From an uncultured Thermoleophilia bacterium (GTDB lineage Bacteria; Actinomycetota; Thermoleophilia; UBA2241): a stretch of 64,000 nt of DNA. Under the pieces are notes generated by a model. It saw nothing but the letters and a program-made list of their open reading frames with translations. It did not search any database and was not told the DNA's origin. Shown here piece after piece: positions 48,595-56,860 of this stretch (position 1 is the stretch's first letter; each line of letters begins with the position of its first letter). The DNA is taken from NCBI GenBank assembly GCA_963832655.1, contig CAWHUW010000005.1:65014-129013 (forward strand). Reading direction: 5' to 3'. The position numbers and the translations under genes are program-made.

Positions 48595-48634
48595 TTTCCC
48601 GAGGTCACAGCCGCCGGCGTCCGCACTAGTCTGC
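48587..48634 (+). promoter_or_regulatory. conserved promoter-like element, copy C (drives rhodanese / DszB-like unit)
   Basis: CCTCGTAGTTTCCCGAGGTCACAGCCGCCGGCGTCCGCACTAGTCTGC. TAGTCT lies about 100 nt upstream of ATG 48731. The upstream box is only weakly present. Confidence 0.6.
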
Positions 48635-48730
48635 GGTGTGCGCCCTGTCGCCACGGCGCCGCGTCAGCCACGCCCCTTGCCGGAAAGACCATCGGTATGG
48701 CGTGGAAACCAGGCAGCAGGAGGGCCGACC

Positions 48731-49261
48731 ATGGCACCCCCCGAGGGATCAGGCTCGCCGCCGAAGCACGAGGTGCCCGAGAAGAAGCAGACGTCTCTGG
48801 GGCTCTACGTGACGGCGCGGGAGGCCTACGAGATGTGGAAGGCAGCGCCCGAGAAGGTCCACGTCATCGACGTCCGCACCCCCGAGGAGTACGTCTTCGT
48901 CGGCCACGCGGAGATGGCGCGCAACATCCCGCTCGTCTTCATGCGCTACCAGTGGGACGCGGAGAAGGACGAGCCTGTCGTCGAGCCCAACGCCGAGTTC
49001 GTCGCCAGGGTGCAGGCGCGCCACAGGCCGACCGACACGCTCCTCCTCATCTGTCGCTCCGGGGGCCGCAGCGCCTGGGCGGTCAACTTCCTCGCCAAGG
49101 CCGGCTTCACCAACGCCTACAACGTGATCGACGGCACCGAGGGCGACAAGGTCGACGACCCCGGCAGCGCCTATCACGGCAAGCGCGTGAGGAACGGCTG
49201 GAAGAACTCAGGATCGCCGTGGACCTACGACTGCGATCCAGACCTGCTTTGGACCGCCTAG
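48731..49261 (+). CDS. rhodanese-like sulfurtransferase domain protein
   Basis: ATG follows GCAGGAGGG. VIDVRTPEEY, active-site loop LICRSGGRS and C-terminal NGWKNSGSPW. Confidence 0.85.
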   Translation: MAPPEGSGSPPKHEVPEKKQTSLGLYVTAREAYEMWKAAPEKVHVIDVRTPEEYVFVGHAEMARNIPLVFMRYQWDAEKDEPVVEPNAEFVARVQARHRPTDTLLLICRSGGRSAWAVNFLAKAGFTNAYNVIDGTEGDKVDDPGSAYHGKRVRNGWKNSGSPWTYDCDPDLLWTA

Positions 49262-49296
49262 CCAGTCGCGAAGACCCCCCACGAAAGGACTCAGAT

Positions 49297-50463
49297 ATGG
49301 CTGAGACAGAGAGAGTGAGCACCACCGTTCCGCTGAACTGGAAAGAGGTGTGGTTCACCAACTGCCCCATGGTGTCGGCGAACAACGTCGATCAGGAGCT
49401 CGGCTGGTGCCGCGAGGAGTTCAAGAAGATCGGCGTCGAGTACGCCTACTTCCGCCACGCGCCCGAGAACAACTGGTACCCGCACTACATCCACAACCTC
49501 GATAACCTGGTCCGCTTCGGCGGCCTGTATCCCCCGATCCACGTGCACGCCGACCTCCGGCGGACCGTACTGCTGGGAGCCACGTGGGTGTACGAGGGCG
49601 GCTGCATGGCCGTGCGCGCCCGCGACAAGATCTTCCGGATGAAGGATCTCAAGGGCAAGAAGATCGGCATCTCCAAGAGCCTGAACACCATCAAGAACGA
49701 CTGGTGGCGCATCCAGGAGCACATGGGCATCGAGAACATGCTGATGCTCAACGACATGACCATGGACGACATCGAGCTCGTCGAGTTCCCCTACCCGGAC
49801 GACTGGTACGACAAGCCCGAGATGCTGGTCCCACCGATGAACAACCCGTCCGAACTCTGGATGCGCCGCGACCACAAGCACGACCTGGCCTTCCGGCCGC
49901 TGGAGAACGCACTGCTCGGCGGCAAGGTCGACGCCATCTACACGCAGAGCAAGGTCTTCCAGCATCTGCAGGAGGCTACGGGCAAGATCAAGATGATCGA
50001 GGACCTGTCCAAGTACCCGGACTGGTCCATACAGGTCGCCAACACTCCCGCTGTCATCACCTGCACAGACGTGATGGCCAAGGAGCACCCTGAGCTCGTC
50101 ATCGCCTACATGAAGGCCATGATCAAGGTCGGGCGCTGGGCAAACGAGAACAAGCACGCCGCAGGAGCGATCCTCAACCGGCAGACGTTCTATCTGGACG
50201 CCGAGGACACGTACCAGGGCATCAAGGACGTCGACATGGTGCCGAGCCTGTGTGCGCAGAACCTTGAGTGCGTCAAGATCGGCAAGGACTTCATGGTCAG
50301 CCACGGCTACATCAAGAACGACTTCGATGTGGACGAGTGGGCCGCGCCTGAGTTCCTGGAGAAGGCGGCCGAGGAAGTGCTCAAGGAGGAGTGGGCGAGA
50401 AGGAGCTGGAGCAAGCTTCCTCAGGGTGGCGGGCTCGAGGTCGAGGGCACGCGGCTCGGCTAG
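49297..50463 (+). CDS. DszB-like (2'-hydroxybiphenyl-2-sulfinate desulfinase family) / NMT1-THI5-type periplasmic-binding-fold protein
   Basis: FTNCPMVSANN, VRFGGLYPPI and the C-terminal DEWAAPEFLEKAAEE. These recall DszB YSNCPVPNA (Cys27), RFGGEIPPL (Arg70) and DQWAAPEFLNNSL, from memory. No signal peptide. GC is visibly lower (one hand-counted 60-nt line gave 35/60). Confidence 0.7.
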   Translation: MAETERVSTTVPLNWKEVWFTNCPMVSANNVDQELGWCREEFKKIGVEYAYFRHAPENNWYPHYIHNLDNLVRFGGLYPPIHVHADLRRTVLLGATWVYEGGCMAVRARDKIFRMKDLKGKKIGISKSLNTIKNDWWRIQEHMGIENMLMLNDMTMDDIELVEFPYPDDWYDKPEMLVPPMNNPSELWMRRDHKHDLAFRPLENALLGGKVDAIYTQSKVFQHLQEATGKIKMIEDLSKYPDWSIQVANTPAVITCTDVMAKEHPELVIAYMKAMIKVGRWANENKHAAGAILNRQTFYLDAEDTYQGIKDVDMVPSLCAQNLECVKIGKDFMVSHGYIKNDFDVDEWAAPEFLEKAAEEVLKEEWARRSWSKLPQGGGLEVEGTRLG

Positions 50464-50588
50464 CCGAGCCGACGTTGGGTAGAATGCCGTGACCCCTTGG
50501 TTACCGACCGCCCCGATGTGTGGGGCGATGTGCGATCGGGGCGCAGGGGCTCTCAAGGCGTGACGACACAACGAGAATGGAGACGCCG

Positions 50589-51055
50589 ATGAACGACGCT
50601 GCCATGGACGAACTGGGGCCGATCGACTACCTGGTGGTCGAGTTCCCCGCCGGTAAGGCCGCCTTCTCGGGAGAGATGGGGGGAAACTGAAGGCGCTGGT
50701 CGAGGCTGGCACCATCCGGGTGCTCGACATGCTGATCATCACCAAGGAGGCCGACGGCTCGGTCGACGCCTTCGAGGTCCACGACTTCGAGGGCGACGAC
50801 GTCGGCGCGCTGCGCGAGTTCGGCGCCGAGCTGGCGCAGCTGCTCTCCGAGGAGGACGTCGGCCACATCGCCGCGGCGCTCGAGCCCGGCACCGTCGCCG
50901 CGGCGCTGGTCTGGGAGAACACCTGGGCGGCGCCGTTCGCCTCGTCGATCCGCCGCTCGGGCGGCCAGCTCGTGGGCAGCGGCCGTATCCCCATGCAGGC
51001 GATCCTCGCCGCCGTCGAGGCGGACGAGGACGCGGCACAGACGGAAGGAGCCTGA
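50589..51055 (+). CDS. DUF6325-family protein; 1-nt deletion in a G-run (50672-50677)
   Basis: MNDAAMDELGPIDYLVVEFPAGKAAFSGEMGG, then in the shifted frame LKALVEAGTIRVLDMLIITKEADGSVDAFEV...ALVWENTWAAPFASSIRRSGGQLV. Confidence 0.65.
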
Positions 51056-51056
51056 G

Positions 51057-51251
51057 ATGCCTCTTGGACCAGGACGTAGAGGACCTGGCGTGATCGGCCG
51101 GCCGGTCGCACGCACCGCTGCCGTGGTCGCCGTGGCTACGCCCGGTCGCGGCGCGCCCGGGCCGGGTATGAGGCCGGGACGTGGCGTCGGCGCGCCGGGG
51201 ATAGGCATCAGGCCGGGCCCGGGACCGGGAGGACTCGGCCCCGGACGCTGA
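51057..51251 (+). CDS. Gly/Pro/Arg-rich 64-aa ORF (doubtful)
   Basis: Starts 1 nt after the DUF6325 stop. Only GVIGRPVARTAAVVAVAT looks protein-like; the rest is low complexity. Confidence 0.3.
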   Translation: MPLGPGRRGPGVIGRPVARTAAVVAVATPGRGAPGPGMRPGRGVGAPGIGIRPGPGPGGLGPGR

Positions 51252-51300
51252 CGGAAGGTGCGGCAGGGGTGAGGGCGACGCCCTCACCCCTGCCGTCTCC

Positions 51301-51768
51301 ATGCCTGAGCCGCCCGCCCCTGCTCGGGCCAGGCGCCTTCGTCATCGCACGCTTCCTGCTGGCGAGGAACGACCTGCCAACGCCATCGCCGCCGACCTTG
51401 ACGTGCCCAGCGCGGACGTTCTGGCGCGCATGGCCGAGGAGCTGAGCGGCAGCGACGTCCGCCTCATGCTGACGCGCGTGATCACGCCCGTGCTCGAGAT
51501 GATGGAGCGCGCCGGTGTCCTGGAGAAGATCGGTCCGCAGGGAGTCTTCGTCCGTCCGCCCGAAGCGATCCTGGACTACCTCTCGTCCCAGTACGATGCC
51601 GCCGGTGTCCAGGAGCTGCTTCGGAGCGCGGTCATCAGGGTGCGCGTGCTGCTGCAGGCGCACGTGTCGAACGTCCCGGTCGAGCGACAGGTCGCGCTCG
51701 CCGAGATCCTGAAAGGTCTGGACGAGGCGATCGAGCGCAGCGGCACCTCCGGCCCGGGAGCCTCGTAG
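51301..51768 (+). CDS. STAS-domain-like protein (possibly a truncated SulP C-terminus)
   Basis: DVPSADVLARMAEELSGSDVRLMLTRVITPVLEMMERAGVLEKIG resembles the end of a STAS domain. The Arg/Pro-rich first ~30 codons are doubtful. The TAG stop lies inside element D. Confidence 0.45.
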   Translation: MPEPPAPARARRLRHRTLPAGEERPANAIAADLDVPSADVLARMAEELSGSDVRLMLTRVITPVLEMMERAGVLEKIGPQGVFVRPPEAILDYLSSQYDAAGVQELLRSAVIRVRVLLQAHVSNVPVERQVALAEILKGLDEAIERSGTSGPGAS

Positions 51769-51832
51769 ATCCTCAGCCACGAGCCCCGTAGTTTCCCGAG
51801 GTCACGGCTCTCCGGATGCGGGCTAGTCTCCA
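51762..51832 (+). promoter_or_regulatory. conserved promoter-like element, copy D (drives HdeD-like gene)
   Basis: CCTCGTAGATCCTCAGCCACGAGCCCCGTAGTTTCCCGAGGTCACGGCTCTCCGGATGCGGGCTAGTCTCC. TAGTCT lies about 60 nt upstream of ATG 51891. Confidence 0.6.
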
Positions 51833-51890
51833 CCCGAGGCCGCCGGCGATCGCCGGCGCCTGTCACGGACTGAGACGGAGGTATCGGGAT

Positions 51891-52271
51891 ATGAACAAGG
51901 GACTCGGCTGGATCATGTTCGCGTGGGTCATGCTGCTCACGGCTGGGATCATGAACATCATCGACGGTGTCGTCGCCCTCGGCCAGACGAAGTTCTGGAC
52001 GGACTACGGCGCCGTGTACGTGTACGGCGACCTGCGCACCTGGGGCTGGATCGTCCTCATCTGGGGCATCGTCCTCTGTTTCGCCGCCGCCAGCGTCTGG
52101 CGCGGCGGCGGCTTCGGCCGCTGGCTCGGCATCTTCGCCGCGGCCATCAACCTCTTCCTGCAGATGTTCTTCCTGCCGGCCTATCCGTTCTGGGCGCTCA
52201 CGATCATGGCGCTCGACGTCCTCGTGATCTACGGGCTCACCGTGTACGGCGGGTCCGCTCAGGAGGACTGA
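51891..52271 (+). CDS. HdeD/DUF308-like small membrane protein
   Basis: ATG follows GGAGGTATCGGG. Four TM segments (GWIMFAWVMLLTAGIMNIIDGVVAL...). Confidence 0.7.
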   Translation: MNKGLGWIMFAWVMLLTAGIMNIIDGVVALGQTKFWTDYGAVYVYGDLRTWGWIVLIWGIVLCFAAASVWRGGGFGRWLGIFAAAINLFLQMFFLPAYPFWALTIMALDVLVIYGLTVYGGSAQED

Positions 52272-52363
52272 GCTCGTCCGGCTCGACCAGAGACTGGGTG
52301 CGGGACGTCAAGACCGCCGAGAAGCGACCTCAAAGCGCCGCGACCTCGAGGCGGGCGGAATGA

Positions 52364-52400
52364 CCGGCGGGGGAGGGGCACGCAGTCCCTCCCCCGCCGG
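52364..52400. terminator. 14-bp GC hairpin between convergent genes (bidirectional terminator candidate)
   Basis: CCGGCGGGGGAGGG-GCACGCAGT-CCCTCCCCCGCCGG; no U-tract. Confidence 0.4.
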
Positions 52401-52419
52401 TCCGATGATCCCAGCGGAA

Positions 52420-53076
52420 TCAGTCGCTTCGATGCAGCCAGCGTCGCAGCGTCTGCACCGGGAGGAGCAGGAAGACGCCGATCAGGACGTACAGGGCTAC
52501 GGCGAGATAGGGCGAGAAGAGGCCGCACACGATCGCCACGGCGTAGAGAACGAGGCTCGGGGCGAGCTGGTAGCGGATCCTGCTCTCCTCGGTGCGTTCC
52601 TCCGCGGCGTCATCGCCGAAGAGGCCCTCGCGCTCGGCGTAGCGCCCCAGCCCGAGCAGCACCAGGCTGATCAGGAAGAGCGCGACGCCGAAGAAGGCGA
52701 CCGCGACCTGCTCTCCCCCCTGTTTGTCGTCGACGGTGCTCAGGTACTCCGACATGACGCTCGTCGGGAAGGGCAGGAAGCCGACGAGCAGCAGGAGCAG
52801 CAGGTTCAGCCGCTGGAACCCGGAATCGACGTGGTCGAGGGCCTCGGTGAGGGCGCTGTGCTCAATCCAGGCGATGCCGATGGTCATGAAGGCGATGAAG
52901 TAGGCGAGGTAGGTCGGGCGCTCGCGGAGGAGCTCTTCGAGAAGACGGTCGCCGGAGACCTGTGGTACCGCGATCTCGAGGACCAGCAGCGTGATCGCGA
53001 TCGCGAAGACCCCGTCACTGAACGCCTCGAGCCGGCCTTTCGCTCTGTCTCCGGAACGTGTGACTACCCGTTTCAT
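52420..53076 (-). CDS. TMEM175-family potassium channel (DUF1211)
   Basis: RLEAFSDGVFAIAITLLVLEI signature, repeated as GFQRLNLLLLLLVGFLPF. Confidence 0.85.
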   Translation of the reverse strand: MKRVVTRSGDRAKGRLEAFSDGVFAIAITLLVLEIAVPQVSGDRLLEELLRERPTYLAYFIAFMTIGIAWIEHSALTEALDHVDSGFQRLNLLLLLLVGFLPFPTSVMSEYLSTVDDKQGGEQVAVAFFGVALFLISLVLLGLGRYAEREGLFGDDAAEERTEESRIRYQLAPSLVLYAVAIVCGLFSPYLAVALYVLIGVFLLLPVQTLRRWLHRSD

Positions 53077-53188
53077 GCGCAGAGCCTCCTGTGGCTTCTG
53101 GCGAGGCGCTCCGATGCCCCGATCCGAGGCCCCTCAGAACTCCCGCGGCGTCGGCATGCCCGCTATGGTAACCGCCTGGTGAAGAACA

Positions 53189-54739
53189 TCAATCCGGCAC
53201 GTCGCCGGACTGACCCGGGTGCCCGCGCGACCCGCCGTGTTCGCCGGACCATCCGCGACGGCGCTGCCATCCCGCGAGGGCGTGCGCCTGCAGCAGCGTC
53301 GCCTGCGCCAACCCCCGGTACTGGGCGTAGAGCTCGTCGTACGTCTCGCGCAGCGCGACGCAGGGCTCGACGGTCGCGCCGGGGGCGGGCCAAGCGTCGG
53401 CGAGCGTCGCCGCGCCCGCGGCGACGGCCGCGAAGAAGGCCGCGCCGAGGCCCGCCCCTGACCCGCCGTGGCGGACCTCCTGAACGAGCCCGGTGACGTC
53501 CGAGACGATCTGCGGCCACAACGGGTCCGACGTCCCGCCTCCGCTGCTTCGCAGACGCGAGATCGTCGCGCCGGCCTCGCCCATCGTCTCGAGGTCCTGG
53601 CGCACGGCGAACGCCGTGGCCTCAAGCAGAGCGCGGAAGAGGTGGCCCCGCCCGTGCGCCGCAGTGAGCCCGAGAAGCGCGCCGCGCAGGTCGGGGTCGA
53701 ACAGCGGCGCGCGCTCGCCGGCGAAGTAGGGCAGGGCGAGGAGGCCGCCGGCGCCGGGCCCGGCGCCGGCGGCCTCCTCGTACAGCTCGTCGAACGACGC
53801 CCCGCCGGTGAGCTCGCGCAGCCACGCCATGAGCGCCCCTGCCGAGCCCACCCCGGCGGCGACGTTCAGCGCGCCGGGCGCGAACCCGACGGTGCCCCAC
53901 AGACGCCGGTCGAGGCGCGCCGGCGTATGGACCTCGGTCACGAACATGCTGGTGCCGTACACGAGCAGACCCTCGCCGGGCCCGCGCAGGCCCGAGGCGG
54001 CGACCTCGGCCCACGAGTCGATCGTGCCGCCGGCCACGGGGATGCCCTCGGGCAGCCCCGTCGCGGCGGCCGCCTCGCGGCTCAGCCGCCCGCTGGTCTC
54101 GTGCGGCCAGACCAGGCGCGGCAGCGCCAGTCCTGAGGCGACGACGTCGCTCCACTCCCCGATCCACTCGTTCCGCGACACATCGTAGAGGGGCGCCCAG
54201 TGGCTGGCGCTGTGATGGTCGAGGACGTACTCGCCGGTCAGGCGGAAGACGAGGTACGAGCCCGCGCCGAAGACGCGCCGCGCGGCGGCCCACACCTCGG
54301 GCTCGCGCTCGGCAAGCCAGCGGAGCTTCGGCCCCACCGACTGGCTCGAGAGGATCGAGCCGCAGCGCGCGAGGATCTCGTCCGCCCCGAGCTCGACGGT
54401 CAGGCGCTCGATCTGCTCTCGCGCCCGCGTGTCGATGCCGTAGAGGATCGCGGGGCGCAGAGGGAGCCCGTCGCCGTCGGCCGGGAGGAGACACGGTCCG
54501 AGGCCGCAGATCCCCACAGCGGTCACGCGCGCCGCGCGCCCGTCCGCCAGCCGGCGGCAGGCCTCGGCGACGCTGTCCCACCAGTCGCGCTCGGCGTCCT
54601 GCTCGGCCCAACCGGGTCGCGGCCGCGAGATGGTGTGCGGCAGTTCGACGACGGCCTCGGTCCTGCCGCTGGCGTCCACGAGCACCCCCTTGGTGCTCGA
54701 GGACCCGACATCGAGGCCGAGGAACAGCGCGTCGGTCAC
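53189..54739 (-). CDS. FGGY-family carbohydrate kinase (xylulokinase-like)
   Basis: LGLDVGSSSTKGVLVD, YGTSMF and SSGGGTSDPLWPQIVSDV. The C-terminal ~35 residues look atypical. Confidence 0.9.
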   Translation of the reverse strand: MTDALFLGLDVGSSSTKGVLVDASGRTEAVVELPHTISRPRPGWAEQDAERDWWDSVAEACRRLADGRAARVTAVGICGLGPCLLPADGDGLPLRPAILYGIDTRAREQIERLTVELGADEILARCGSILSSQSVGPKLRWLAEREPEVWAAARRVFGAGSYLVFRLTGEYVLDHHSASHWAPLYDVSRNEWIGEWSDVVASGLALPRLVWPHETSGRLSREAAAATGLPEGIPVAGGTIDSWAEVAASGLRGPGEGLLVYGTSMFVTEVHTPARLDRRLWGTVGFAPGALNVAAGVGSAGALMAWLRELTGGASFDELYEEAAGAGPGAGGLLALPYFAGERAPLFDPDLRGALLGLTAAHGRGHLFRALLEATAFAVRQDLETMGEAGATISRLRSSGGGTSDPLWPQIVSDVTGLVQEVRHGGSGAGLGAAFFAAVAAGAATLADAWPAPGATVEPCVALRETYDELYAQYRGLAQATLLQAHALAGWQRRRGWSGEHGGSRGHPGQSGDVPD

Positions 54740-55410
54740 CCCTCACCGCCAGCTTCGTCGACGCCCGCCGACGCCGCCCGCCGGCGGCGCACGCGGTGCA
54801 CGACGTAGATGACCAGTGCCGGGATCGCCGACGCGGCAACGATGACGGCGAGCGCGACGGCGAGGTAGTCCTGGACCCATGCGTAGCTACCGAACCAGTA
54901 GCCCGCGCCGAGGAAGATGGTCACCCAGAGCCCCGAGGCGATGGCGGCGAAGAACATGAGCCGGTGGATCTCCATCCCGGCGACGCCGGCGGTGAACGGC
55001 GCCAGCGTCCGCACCACCGGCAGGAAGCGCGCGAACACGATCGCCATGCCGCCGTGCCGCTCGTAGAACTCGGTCGCCTGCGCCACGTGCTCGGGCTTCA
55101 GATAGCGCCGCGGCTTGGCCAGAAGGTGCCGCCCGACGTAGCGTCCGATGAGGTAGTTGCAGACGTCGCCGAGAAAGGCCGCCGCGAACAGGACCGGCGC
55201 GAGAATGAGGATGTTGAGGATCCCCGACCCGGCGAGCGTGCCGCTCGTCAGGAGCAGCGACTCGCCGGGCAGCCACGGCATGACCACCAGGCCGGTCTCG
55301 GCGAAGATCACGGCGGCGATCGCCGCGTAGACCCACGGACCGAGCTTATCGACGAGCTCGGCCAGGTAGACGTCCATGTTGAGGACGTAGTTGACGAAGC
55401 GGTCGATCAT
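54736..55410 (-). CDS. DedA-family membrane protein
   Basis: PGESLLLTSG and VFARFLPVVRTLAPFTAGVAGM. Overlaps the FGGY kinase start by 4 nt. Confidence 0.9.
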   Translation of the reverse strand: MIDRFVNYVLNMDVYLAELVDKLGPWVYAAIAAVIFAETGLVVMPWLPGESLLLTSGTLAGSGILNILILAPVLFAAAFLGDVCNYLIGRYVGRHLLAKPRRYLKPEHVAQATEFYERHGGMAIVFARFLPVVRTLAPFTAGVAGMEIHRLMFFAAIASGLWVTIFLGAGYWFGSYAWVQDYLAVALAVIVAASAIPALVIYVVHRVRRRRAASAGVDEAGGEG

Positions 55411-55466
55411 GTCCCCGGCCTACCCCGCCGACGCGCGCGCCGCCCGGACGTCCCGGGCGCGCGGCA

Positions 55467-56664
55467 TCACGTCGCCTGCGGCTGCTCCGCGGCGCCGACC
55501 GGCGGCTGCCCCTGCGCCTCGTCCGCCCGCTTCGCCAGCACGCCGCGCGCCGTGAACACCGTGCGGTAGCGGTCGAACAGCACCGTGATCACCGTGAACA
55601 GGAAGACGAAGAACAGCCTCGTGCCCAGCGGCCCCCGCTGCTCGATGACGCCCAGCACGCGCTCGAAGAGGAGCAGGATGCCCACGATGCCGTAGTTGAC
55701 GACGAACATCACGATCAGCTCGGCCATCACCGAGCTCCACTCCCGGCCGCGGCGCGCAAGCCACTGGCTGACGAACGCGTTCACGACGACGAAGAGGGCG
55801 ACGAAGGCCAGGACGGCGATGCTCTTCACGTCGTCGCTGACCAGGTACTGCGCGAAGATCACGCTGATCAGGCCGGTGAGCACGATCTTCTCAAGCAGCG
55901 CGCGGTCGAACATCCCCTCCGCGGCCCGCGCCGTGCGGTAGAGCTCTGAACCCTGGCACTCGGGCGGCAGCGGCTCGGCCTTGAGGCGGATGCCGTGGTC
56001 GCCGGCCGGCGCCTTGCGCGTCACGATCCAGTAGATGAGGGCCAGCAGCGCCACGACGGCGACGATGGCGAACACCAGCACCTCGGGGCGCGTTGCTGAT
56101 CGCCTCGCTCCACGAGGCGTCGGCGCTCACGCCGAAGAGCTCCGTCTTGATGGCGTCGGTCATGTCCTTCTGGGCGATGTGGATCCAGTACTCCTGCGGC
56201 AGCTTGATGAAGATCCAGATCGCGGCGATGGAGAGGATCACCGTCCACTTGCCCATGCGCATCGTGTTCCAGCGCATGCGCACCGCCTCGACGAAGTCCC
56301 AGAAGTACTCGAACGTGTTCGGGAAGATGAAGAGGATCGCGCGCACCTGCGAGAGCTCGAAGATGACGACGCCGACGAGCCGGTAGTAGTACAGGAAGAA
56401 GCTGCCCTTGAAGGCGATCGGGTTCACCCAGTTGCGCATCGTCGCCATGTACATGATCGCCAGGTAGTAGATGTCGAGCGACTTGTCGTACGACTGGTAG
56501 CCCTCGAGCGGGATGGCGGGGAACTGCTGGAAGATGCTCTGGTCGATCGAGTCGACGAGCATGCAGGCAACGGCGGCCGGCAGCGGCCAGTAGGGGATGG
56601 CGAACGGCAGCAACAGGCGCGTGCCGACGACGAGGATGACCACCGTCCACTCTGTAGCGCCCAT
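55467..56664 (-). CDS. polytopic membrane protein, unknown family; 1-nt insertion in a homopolymer (56085-56088)
   Basis: ORFs 55891-56664 and 55467-56081 join as ...SWSEAISNAP/EVLVFAIVAVVALLAL when CCCC is read as CCC. Confidence 0.6.
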
Positions 56665-56860
56665 CTCGTCCCCCCAGTCGTGAGGCGGTCCGCCGCCTCG
56701 GCGGCACGGTTCGCCGGCGGCGATCGCTCACGCCGAGGGCGGTCCGCGCCGGTTTCATGGCACGTGTTGCGCGCCAGTATACTCGCGACCCGGCCGCGGA
56801 CCAGCGGGTCAGGTCGCGAGCCGGGCGACGCGCGCCTCCGGTCACCCGGGCGACACGACG

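Noticed and set aside
48587-48604. CCTCG-TAGTTTCC-CGAGG hairpin at the stop codon of the CYTH-like gene, a possible terminator
   Set aside because: It is a 5-bp stem only, has no U-tract, and the left arm is not conserved in the other three copies. The conserved feature is the linear sequence, not the structure.
50479-50494. GTAGAATGCCGTGACC upstream of the DUF6325 gene loosely resembles the repeated core
   Set aside because: Only scattered identities and no TAGTCT at the fixed distance. TAGAAT here is more simply a -10 hexamer of an ordinary promoter.
53189-53300. Atypical C-terminal ~35 residues of the FGGY kinase (…GWQRRRGWSGEHGGSRGHPGQSGDVPD), possibly another frameshift read-through
   Set aside because: I could not identify a better-looking alternative frame or a stop by eye, so it is left as annotated and not counted among the frameshifts.
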